Shown here: piece after piece, positions 49,401 through 61,400 of the stretch
How the letters are laid out: every line of letters begins with the position of its first letter
How positions within the stretch are numbered: position 1 is the stretch's first letter
NCBI RefSeq assembly: GCF_001194135.2
Contig: NC_068982.1
Coordinates: 100,013,333 to 100,077,332, forward strand
Length of the DNA stretch: 64,000 nt
From: Octopus bimaculoides
Taxonomy: Eukaryota
Direction of reading: 5' to 3'
Program-made: the position numbers and the translations under genes
The notes under the pieces: model-generated
What the model was told of the DNA's origin: nothing
Seen by the model: only the letters and a program-made list of their open reading frames with translations
Database searches by the model: none

Positions 49401-52400
49401 AACTAAATAGACTGAAACTGCATGAAAGCCTGTTGGAATGGCTGTATCTATTCTTATGAGATAAACTTAATCTGTCATCCATTTTAACACCAACCAGTTG
49501 GCCTTTGTATATCTTTAGCAAAGTTCACTGTTGCATAGATTTGGAGCAGAGTTCCAATCTGTGAATAAATAGTGATGTGTTAGGGTTTCTTCTTTCTCTC
49601 AAATACTCTTGGAGGGCCTACTAAAGGGTAGTGGGCACTGCCTTTCCTCTTCTGATTAAGCCTATAACATTTTTTTACAAATTGTTTTTAGAAAATTTCA
49701 TAAAATATTTTATAAAATTTTGTTATAAAAATTGGGGACTTACCTGGCACTGTGTTGTCAAGGAAGCAAGCTAAGGCACCACCAACAAAATTAGCATTTC
49801 CTAGCAATGTTTGTAATATGTTATTTAATTCTACATAACCTAAGTAATAAAAAAAATAGAACAGATAAGAATATTGATATTAAAACATGAAGTATACAAA
49901 TGCAGAATATTCTTTTCTACTCTAGGCACAAGGCCTGAAATTTTGGGGGAGGAGACCAGTCAATTAGATCAACCCCAGTATGCAACTGGTACTTAATTTA
50001 TCGACCCCGAAAGGATGAAAGGCAAAGTTGACCTTGGCAGAATTTGAACTCAGAACGTAAAGACAGACAAAATACTGCTAAGCATTTTGCCTGGTGTGCT
50101 AGCATTTCTGCCAGCTTGCTGCCTTACAAGTGCAGAATGTTAAACAGAATATTTGTATATCACCAATATTAAAACAGATTGAAAAGAATGTAATTATGTG
50201 TTATAGAATTTGTATTCTAACATTACTGCTTAGTAGTCTCTCTATAGCAAGACACTTGTGCTTGTTCTTCTATCATACATTAGCAGCATTTCAATGCCTG
50301 ACATAGAGCTATCTTCCCCTCTCAAATGCTTCCCAGTTTAGTAATGAGAACTTTTTCCTTTTCCTTTTGCCTTATTCTTTTTTTCTGCTTGCAAGTTATT
50401 TGGAAATTTCACTAGGACTAGTGGCACAAAAAAATGCATCCAGTACAATCTGTAAAATGGTTCGCATTAGGAAGGGCATCCGATCATAGAAACCATGCCA
50501 AAGCTAACAATGGAGCTTGATGTGGTCTTGTGGCTTGCCAGATGCTATCAACCTGTCCAACCCATGCCCACATGAAATGTGGATGGTAAATGATGATGCT
50601 GATGACGAGAACAAATGGTGAAGAAAAAATATATAAGAAAACAAATAACTTTTCTAAAATAAAAACTTAAGCAACTGATAACACTATATACTAAATAGGA
50701 AAAACTCAATGCGGGAGTCATTAGTCATTCAACTGGCTAGAAATAACAGTCAAATCTCCTTCAAATCACAGCCTACTTAAAAAGAGAAAGGATATTACAG
50801 GATGATATAGTCTTAAGTAATTCTAAAAAGATGGTTTTGTCCCAGCTGGAATGCTTTTAATCATAATCTGCTGGATTAGGACAGACTTTAGGTTAAAGCA
50901 ACAAAATATAAGAAACACATTTTCAATGAAATTAAATCCAAGTAAACGTACATGCAACTGTCTAACCAATCAATTTCTTGTTGAGCAAATGTGGGAGTTG
51001 CAACACAAATACTTTGACATGATAGACATAGCAGACAAATCTTTCTGACACTTAACCCTCTCACCTTAAGAAAATTCAGTGAGGTCAAATTGGATAATGT
51101 CATTCTAGACAAACTTTGTCTGAAAAATAAATGATATTGTCACAGCTGGAACATCAAATTAGATCATGTTATTCTAAACATACTCGATCTAAAACATAGA
51201 TGAAACGGTTACAACTGGGATGTCATTGATTATAGTTCTGATCAATCAGGGCTGACATATGGTTAGACAACACAGCTTCACTGGACAATTGTAGTTACTT
51301 CTATCTTTCACAAATACCAAGTTATTTGATTCTGTTCACACTTTAGATCAACTTCAGTAATTAACTGACAAATATTCACACATGTTTAATAATAAACTTT
51401 TATAATGTACAATATTCTACAATAAATGATAGTTACTTACAATGGATAAATCCATCAAAATGTTATATCATTTATTTCGGAGTATGCACAGTATACATTT
51501 CACTTTCATTATAAAATAGTATAATATATACGATATTTTGAAATTGTAACTCATAACAATTGCTGATTCTCTACAAAGCTCAAATGAAGATCCCAATAAA
51601 GTACTGCTCAATAAAGTACACCTGCATCCAGAGAAAGGTCACTGAACTAACTGGCATTAAATCACTAACAAATATGCTCCAGTTTCTGGTGTGCTGTCTT
51701 CTCTATCTATCTTTTCTATAGCTAGTACAATGGCCTGTGTTTTGCAAAAGTGGCTGGTCTCATACATCTTTTACTCAGGTACTCTTCATCTACTTGTATC
51801 CCCCTCTTTTTACCCTTGTTATGTCCATCCATGCCCTGATCCTGTAATAATATCAGCATTCTGGAAATTTCTCCTTGCTTATGTTTTTCTTGCAGCTACT
51901 GAACAGTAAAGGTCATGGGCATTGCCCTTCCTTCTAGATTCAGCAAGAAAAAGAAAATGACTAGGAACAATCTCTGAAGTACCAATAAAACAAAGATTAT
52001 TTCATTGTATTAATATTATTTCTAAGCTACTGACAAGCTAGAGCATATTCCTGCCTGTATAGTGTTGAGTAAGTGAGAGATAGGTGAGGGACATAGATCA
52101 CATAAATTAAGATACCTCTTGAAGGGAAGCAACTGAATAATTTAAAGAAAATGTAATATCTATTTTTTGACTTGCTTTTGGATAATATCCGTATTCTCAG
52201 TTGGTTATGCTAGGAAGTCTAGCAGAATAGTGTAATGACAGTTGCTCCTGATATGACCTTATGGAGGAGGTGCCTGAGAACTATACCCTTACAACCCTTC
52301 AAAGAACAGTGGGTAGTGAAAATGGATGGATGGGTCTTAGTACAACTTTTATTGATACTGAATGATGAAATAACATTTTAACTTAATACTGGTACAAAGA

Positions 52401-55400
52401 AAACTAAAGATTTCAAAAGAAGAAAATACTTACCTGTATCAAAAGGTTTTTTAGAGCTAGAAACATAATAGGGTACCATTAAACCAAACAAAAGTGAGAT
52501 GCCAATGATAGCTAAGTTGCGAGATGAGTTCATATCTATATACATCATGTTGGAGAGTACTAGACCAATAAAAATACCAAAACTGATAATTTGTACTCCA
52601 CCAAGTACAGGGTAAGGAATTATCACAAAAATTGCACCAAGTTTTCCAAGGACTCCAAATACAATGAATATGACGCCAACCATTTGAAATACTCGTCTGC
52701 TTCCAACCTAGAATATAAGAATATTTAATATATAAAGAATTGTTTTTAATATATTTTTTTGTTCAATTCACTCTCTGCTGTTCATGCTTTCAAATATATA
52801 ATGGCCAGCAATAATCTAAAATAACTACTTTCATATAGTTATAACATATAATCTTTAGAATTTGGCAAGTGGGTGGTCTCAGCAAAAATGAATCCAGTTA
52901 AAGGAAAAAATATGAGCTACAAGCAAAATAAAAAAAAAACTTTCTTGCTGGTAACATTAAAGCTTTGAATTTTACAGTTAAAAGTTGGAAGATCTCTCTC
53001 TGATGCAGTGGTAGCATACCCATCTACTCTATGATAGACACATGGTTCCATTCCAGTCAGTGACTTTGTCCACATTTTTCTGTGTGAGGGAATTATTGGC
53101 CATAGCTACACTGGCATTTAAGCAACTTTGTAAAAAGAGTCCAAATAAGTCTTAAGTGACATATGGGAAATATAAATTTAATAGTATGGAACTGCAGGAT
53201 ATAGTAAAACAAGTGATTTATTTACAAATTTTAATTATAAACTGTGGAAACTGAAAACTAATTTCGTCAGTAAATTCCAACTGGTTTTCATTGTTATTCT
53301 AACTTTCATCAACTGTTTATGGACAGAAATTATTGGTTTTGGGGCCCTCAAATTAAACAATTCAGGTGTAAGTTGTCATCGTCATCATCGTTTAATGCTT
53401 GTTTTCCATGCCAGCATGGGTTGGATGGTTTGAAAGGAGCTTGCCATGCTCCAATTGTCTGTTTTGGCATGGTTTTCACAGCTAGATGTCCTTCCTAATT
53501 TCGCTTCCCAACCACATGGTTTCAGGTTCAATCCCATAGTATGGCACCTTGGATAAATCAACAGAAACTGAAAGAAGTATGCTGCATGTGTGTGTGTGTG
53601 TGTGTGTATGCTGGTTGGTTGGTTATGCTAGGAAGTCTAGCAAAATAGTGTAATGACAGTTGCTTCTGATACGACCTTATGGAGGAGGTGCCTAAGAACT
53701 ATACCCTTACAACCCTTCAAAGAACAGTGGGCAGTGAAAATGGATGGATGGGTCTTAGTACAACTTCTATTGATATTGAATGATGAAATAACATTTTAAC
53801 TTAATACTGGTACAAAGAAAACTTTACAGAGTGTGCTGTATGCATTTATGTGGCACTGGCACAAGTGCATTGTACAAGGCACTGGCGCCTGCAAAGCAAA
53901 GACCTCTCAACTGAGAGAGGGTGAGGGAGGTATGGCCATAAAGGACATACCTATATGTATGGATGGCCATATGGTATGACAAGACATAGTATACATCAAT
54001 GAAAGACACACACATACAGAGATGAAGACTAAAACAGAGACAAAATGGAGGAATTTGATTAATCAAAAGTTTATATAGTGTAAAATATAATTAATAATTA
54101 ACCCATAAAGTGCTGGGATTTTCACTTACATAGCATGGGCTGCTGAGCACATTCTATGAAAATGAGACTATCGTACACACATAAAAAACAAAAAAAATAG
54201 TTAAAATATCTTCTTAGTATATAATGGTGGCAAGTTTTACATCATCCAAAAAGTCATTAGTTGAACTATTAGTCCTCTTGCATTCTGGGAACGAGGTGTA
54301 TCGGAGTATTTGAGTGACATTAGACCCCAACAAACGCCCATAAATTAAATGCATCTATCTGGGCCACAATCATGGCCTGTCGACCTGTGCCTGATGGCCA
54401 CAATCGTGGCCCGTAATGCTTTATGTGTTAAAACTATAAACAAATAAAACAAATACAAACAATTCAGTTATTGATTACCTTTGTTATTCCAATTGCTCCA
54501 ATGTTTCCTCCATAAGTGCTGGTGCCATGTCCAGCCCCAAAGGCCCCTGCAAGACAACTGGCAAACCCTTCAATCATGATACCACGGTTGACAGCATGGC
54601 TAGGAGGGGGTGGGAGACCACACATTCGAGCACATGCATAATAGTCCCCAATTGAATCAATGATAGACGTCATCGTAGCTATTATAAAACCAACAAATGC
54701 AGACGCTAGGAAACTAGGTGGACCAAACTGACCTGCAAAGTAAAAAGAAAAAAAAAAAAAGCGTTATCAGCCATTAAATTGACAACACAAATATAGATCA
54801 ATAAACAAGTAATGAATATCCATCGAGTTGAATCAACAAAGAATTTCTAGCAGAGCTAGAAACAGTAGACAAATCTTTCTTGTATCATATTGTACTATAT
54901 TGTCATAATGAAAGGAATAACTTTAGGGAATGTAGTGCTAAATACACTATGACTGAACCTACACACATGCATATACACACAAACACACACACACAAGTGC
55001 ACCTAGAGGTACAGGCATGATTGTGTGGTTGAGAATTTCGCTTTCCAACCACATGGTTTCAGGTTCAATCCCATAGTATGGCACCTTGGATAAATCAACA
55101 GAAACTGAAAGAAGTATGCTATGTGTGTGTGTGTGTGTGTGTGTGCACGTGCATGTATATATACGGCATGTAAATAGCACCATTTGAGCATGATCGTTAC
55201 CAGCGTCGCCTTACTGGCACGTTAGAAAATCGTTCGAGCGAGGTCATTGCCAGTGCTGCTGGACTGGCTCCTGTGCAGGTGGCATGTGAAAAACACCATT
55301 TTGAGCGTGGCTGTTGCCAGTACCGCGTGACTGGCCCTCGTGCCAGTGGCACGTAAAAGCACCCACTACACTCTCGGAGTGGTTGGCGTTAGGAAGGGCA

Positions 55401-58400
55401 TCCAGCTGTAGAAACTCTGCCATATCAGATTGGAGCCTGGTGCAGCCATCCGGTTCACCAGTCCTCAGTCAAATCGTCCAACCCATGCTAACATGGAAAG
55501 CAGACGTTAAACGATGATGATGATGATGTGTATCAGGTCACTTCTGAGCTCTCTCATGAATGCTATTGATAACATGGAATCTAGTACATCCTGTTGCTTG
55601 GTCGAGTTATTGGCAACTAAACTGGCACCCCCACTTGGCTAGCTTGGAGAGAAGGGTTGCTAGAAACCCAGCAGGACTAAAGACCAGACCTGTCAAAAGG
55701 ACAGATGAACCTAGTACAGGTTCAACGACTATATAGTAATAGCATGGATACTCAAAAATTCTGGACTGGTGTCTGGCATGCTGGAAGACCACTGGGAGTA
55801 AAGCATCCTTGCTAAAGCATATCTCTAGGAGAAGGTCAATTTGATATAATACTACATATACAGGGAATAGCATTGGAGATTTTGGGGATCTTTTGGTTGC
55901 CCTAGAAATCATGGCACTCCTACATTCCTGAACCTTTGACTGATATTAGCACTAGATATCTTGCTTTGACTCATCTCAGGATCATGTCAATAGGGTGGAG
56001 AGGGTCTATGAGGTGTTGTGCAAGTCTTATTAGACCTAAAATTTTGTACAGGCATTACTTTGTCAATGATGGTCATACTCATCTAACATGCCAACAGCCA
56101 TCATCATACATGTATGTGAGTGTGTGTGTACATTTGTGTCTCTGTCTTGACATAACACAATTGTTGTAAATTGTGCTATGTCAAGTTGTCTTGGCATAGC
56201 ACAATAGTTGTAAATTAGTGTAATTCTGCAAAAAACATGTCTGGCCATGGGGTAATATTATCTTGTTTGAAAACAGGTAAGGTTGGTGATAGGAAGAGCA
56301 TCTGGTCTTTGAAAAAGTCTCGATAAACTGCATGTAACTCATGCAAGTATTGAGGAGAAGGAGGACAACAAATGAGGATGAGATGACAATGATTCTTTTC
56401 TATACTTCCATGAGCCAGATGGAATTTGGTAGATGGTAGATTTTCCATGGTTGGATGCTCTTCTTGTTAACCAAGCAAGGAAATATTTTCTTACAGCTGC
56501 ATATATTTCCATGGAAGACTGGAAACGAAGAACACTGTTTGTGTAGTGGTGATGGTTATTTGTAATGATCACATGATATCAAGAAAAGGACACACAAACA
56601 CACATGCGCATATAATCACCATCATCATCATTTAACACCAGCTGGCATGAGTTGGATGGCTTTTTCAGTTTCTTTCTACCAGATATAATCACAAAGTTTT
56701 GATCAACCTGGGACTATAGTAGAAGACATTTGCTCAATGTACCACATAATGGGACTGAAAATGAAACCATGTGGTTAAGAAGTAAACCTATTAACAACAC
56801 AGCCATCTCTGCACACACACACATACACATATACACACACACATAAACATGCATCCATTTTTTTAAAAACAAATTATCATTTTTCCATGCCAGTGTAACG
56901 TTAGAAGCACCATTTTAGCGTGATTGTTGCCAGAGCAGCTGACTGGCTCCCGTGTTGGTGGCACATAAAAAAAGCACCATTCAAGCATGGTCATTGCCAG
57001 TGCCGTTGGACTGGCTCCTGTGCAGGTGGCACGTAAAAAGCACCATTTGAGCGTGGCTGATGCCAGTACCGCCTGACTGGCCCTTGTGCCGGTGGCACAT
57101 AAAAGCACCCACTACACTCTCGGAGTGGTTGGCATTAGGAAGGGGCATCCAGCTGTAGAAACTTTACCAGATCAGATTGGAGACTGGTGCAGCCTTCTGG
57201 CTCGTTGGCCCTCAGTCAAACCATCCAGCTCATGCCAGCAGGGAAAGCGGATGTTAAAAGATGATGATGATGATGATGATGACAGCAGTGGGGTATGAGA
57301 TATTTGTTCTTTTTAGAATCAGAAATGAGGGGGCCAAACTGTTAACATGCTAGGTACACTCAAGATAAATTATGGGATATCTCCAAATAAGTGTAATATC
57401 ATTCTCAATATTACTGCAGCTAGGGTATTCCTCTCCTGATTGTAAGGGTTGTGTGTTCGATTCCTTGTGACATGTTGTGTCCTTGAGCAAGGCACTTTAT
57501 TTTATGTTGCTCCAGTCCTTTCAGCTGGCAAAAATGAGTTGTGCTTGTAATTCAAAGGACCAGCCTTGTCACATTCTATGTCACACTGAATCTCCCTGAG
57601 AACTATGTTAAGGGTATGCATGTTTGTGGAGTGCTTAGCCATTTGCATATTTAATTTCACGGGCAAGCTGTTCTGCTGATCGGATCAAATGAAACATTCT
57701 TCATCATAACCAACAGAATGCCAGTTATTTCACCTGTAAAAAGCATTAAACAAATATATAACATAAGTAAAACAAGAGACAAACAATTATACATACCAGG
57801 ATATGGGAAATAAAACCAGGATGAAGAATGTACTACATGAAATCTGCTGTCTGTCCGAGCAAAGTACTGTGAGTTTTGAGGATTAGCAGACAAAACTCCA
57901 GCTTTGGTTAAGATGTCACTTAGAATCCAACCAAATATTATGGCAAACAGAATCTAGTAAACAGAGAACAGAATGACGATATTCATAATAACACACTGTA
58001 TGTAGAAATGTAGATTACAATAATGAAGATAATAATAGTGGTGATGATGAGTTTGGTGGCAGGGAAAACAACATTAGCATAATAATTATCATTTATCATT
58101 TTATTGATATAATGTGTGTGTGTGTGTGTGTGCGCGTGTGTGTGTGTATGTGCGTGCATGTGTGTGTGTATGTGCGTGTGCATGCGTGTGCTTATGCATG
58201 TCTGAGTACATGTGTACGTGTGTGTACCCTTGTCTTGACATCACATGTCAGTTGTAAAGAAGTATATTGTCCATTTCTAGTCATCTGTGAAGAATGTGTT
58301 GCTTGGAAACAAGTAAAGATTGGTAGCTGGAAGAACATCTGGCCATAGAAAATCTACCTCAACAAATTCTGTATGACCCATGCATGCATGGAAAAATGGA

Positions 58401-61400
58401 CGTTAAATGACGGTGATGATGATGATGATGATGACAATCAGAAAATAAGTGACAAAGAGAAACTAATAGTTAAACTAAACTCAGCAAGGCACCACTCACA
58501 CAGCTGAATGAAGTAGTATAGCAAGAGTTAAGTACCTTGAACATACACGAAAACTTAAATGAACACTTACTGCAAACACTTTGTGTAAAGGATAGTTCAT
58601 GAGATGACAGTGTTTTTGTTTATTCCAACTGGGTATATAGCAATTTAGCTTATCACAGTATAGACATAAAATTCCAGCAAAAACAGCAGTTCTAGAAATG
58701 AGAAATATGTACAGAAAAGATAATTATTTCTAATTTAGGCACAAGGACAGAAATTGGAGGAGAGGTAGGGTGTCAGTGGATTACATAGGGCCCCAGTACT
58801 TGACTACTTTATTTTATCAACCCCCAAAAAATGAAAGGCAAAGAGCTTAAATGAATACTGCAATGCAATTTTTTCTGAAGCTCAAACAATTTTGCTAATT
58901 TACTGCATGTTTGGGGAAAATTATTAGCTAGAGGTGAGAAAATACTTCAGCAGTTTTTATTTTAAGCAAGTTATTTTTAATTTACACTCATTTTTTTACA
59001 TGTGGGCAAATAAATACAATAGGCTTACAAACTGTATTCTTATTGTTGATAATGTTTGAATTTGACTGCTAAAATAATTTATGGATGAAAGAAACATGCT
59101 AAAACACTTTGTAGTTCAATAGCTCAATGTAGCTAGGATTATTTTTTATTTACTCTAAATTAACATATAACGCAGATAGTTTTTGGTTACTTTGAAGAGA
59201 AACAGTGCTAATATTCTTTTTTGGAGTTTCGTAAATGATAGGATGAGATCAGAATAGTAGGGTGAGGTTCATGTAATGTACAAAAAGGAATAACATTTTC
59301 TGCTATAAAGAAAAATAATTTCTAATATTTAAGTCAAGGTCCTTTCAGTATACAATCTCCATTTTGTACTGATACATCACCATTATTTTCCTCCATCACT
59401 TGTGTTTTACTTTGAAGCTGGAATGGTTAATATTTGATTTGTCTGTTGTAGTTTAATATTTGTAAGAAATGCAAATAATAAACTACAACAGAGTGGGAAC
59501 TTCCAAAACAATGCAGTATGTAAATGAAGCAGGGTTTTGGCAAAATGTAACTGGGAATGGCATAAATTTAATATTATGGAGGGTAAAAAGGACAATTTTA
59601 AAATTGAAAGAAGATACTCAGGAATGTAATAGGATGTTGACAGGTACCTTGTTCACACTTCATATTTTCTTAACAAGCTCACTGGCTAATTGTGACACTA
59701 GCACCTATTTTGACACTCTGTTTCTATATATCACTTGTGGGGAGATAAGTCACTGCTATCTTTAGCAGTCGAGCACCTATCATTGATGAAACCAAGGAAG
59801 GTTGAAATCAGGTGATCTGGTGGTCTCGGCACTGAAGATGGCAGGGATTTGTCTTCCCACTAGTGATATAAACAAATGTGCATTTTGTACCAAATGCCAA
59901 GTTTCTGTCATGGCATCTACCGCAGTACAGTTTGTTCTAACAGAATGTCCACATTTAAGTGAGGATAAATATTATATCTTTATTTTTGAAGATGACCAAG
60001 ACTCCACTTCTTATACTGCAACAACAGAGGATGCAGCCATGCAGGCAACCAAAGATTCACAACTACTTTTGTTTATACAACAACTTCTAATGAAACTAAG
60101 GAAATGGTGACTGCACAAGATGACCAGCCTCACTCCCTCATCCCTGCTGTCAAGACAGCTAGGCCTATATTAGGGATGCAGAGGAATGACCATGCTGAGT
60201 TGTGTGTCTTACCATGCTCTGAGCGATGCATACCACAGTGGCATTGCTGGATATTGCCCTTTGGCCTGTTGACAGTTGGGTTTACTCCATGCAATCTGCC
60301 AAAAACTCCAGTCTTCACATGCATCATAAACATACACATATATATAAATGAAGACAGATGAACAACAATGATAATGAACGATGAGGTTTCATATATTCGC
60401 AATATTTATTTCTAAACATAGAAGGGTCAAATAAATGGATTAAGTTGATTACATCAACCTCAGTGCGTAACTGGTACTTATTTAATCAACCCCGAGAGGA
60501 TGAAAGGCAAAATCGACCTTGGTGGAATTTGAACTCAGAACATAATGGCAGAGCATGCTAACGTTTCTGTCAGCTCACCGCCTTAATATATTCACAATAC
60601 TGGAGTCCTACCACTTCAAAGGCAATCCTCAGCAAGGCTAAGTAAGAGTCCCTTTCATCCAACGTTGTTTCTGTTTATTCAGTAACCACTTTACAGAGTG
60701 CACTGGGTTCATTTTGCTATGGCATCAGAACTAGAAAGACTGTGATCCTACTATACTTCTCATTCTGTTTTCTTTCCTACTGACTACAACTTAAGTCTTT
60801 GAAGTCTCTTGATAAGAGGATTTACTTTCAAGTTAAGATTACTTCTTTCAGTAAATTATCTATGAGAACTAAGTCATCAGTATTTAGGAATTCCCAAGAA
60901 CAGCTGATCTTAAACTCCTCTATTATGGCCCTGCAAGCTAAATTCCTCACTGAAATTGTTAATCTTCAATTTACTGGCAATCTCTCTGTACATGAATTGC
61001 ATAACTCTCACAAGCCATTCATCTATCTTTAATTTATTTTAGTGACCACCAAACTATAGAGCATACAAACCTGTGAAAAGCTTTCTTCTGCTCAAACAAA
61101 AACTAGTTTCAGGGTGAACTTATACTTGGTTATGTGCAACTTTTGTAGTTAACTGACTAAAGAGACAGTTGTGGTGGTGGTGGTGGTGGTATTTTAATTC
61201 TCTTCCTAAATGGCTCACTACAATTCTTTCAGTAACTTTCCTAACTTAGTCCATCAATTTAATAACTGTAATTTCAGTCCGTTGAGTATTTTCTTTGCTC
61301 TTGTAGCAATTGATGATGATACTACACTGCCAGTCATTAGGTGCAACACTTCCTTGTACTATCTGCATCACTGAGTGATTAGTATATGACCTTGACAATC

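Noticed and set aside
56900-57110. Regularly spaced ~66-bp repeats resembling an array
   Set aside because: No unique spacers; they are LINE 3'UTR subrepeats in a eukaryotic genome, not CRISPR.
59780-60330. ORFs 59802-60110 and 60104-60361; a DFNLP peptide on the minus strand
   Set aside because: Possibly a very old LINE endonuclease relic, but too degenerate to call; not part of the SLC23 exon chain, which is already complete across this intron.
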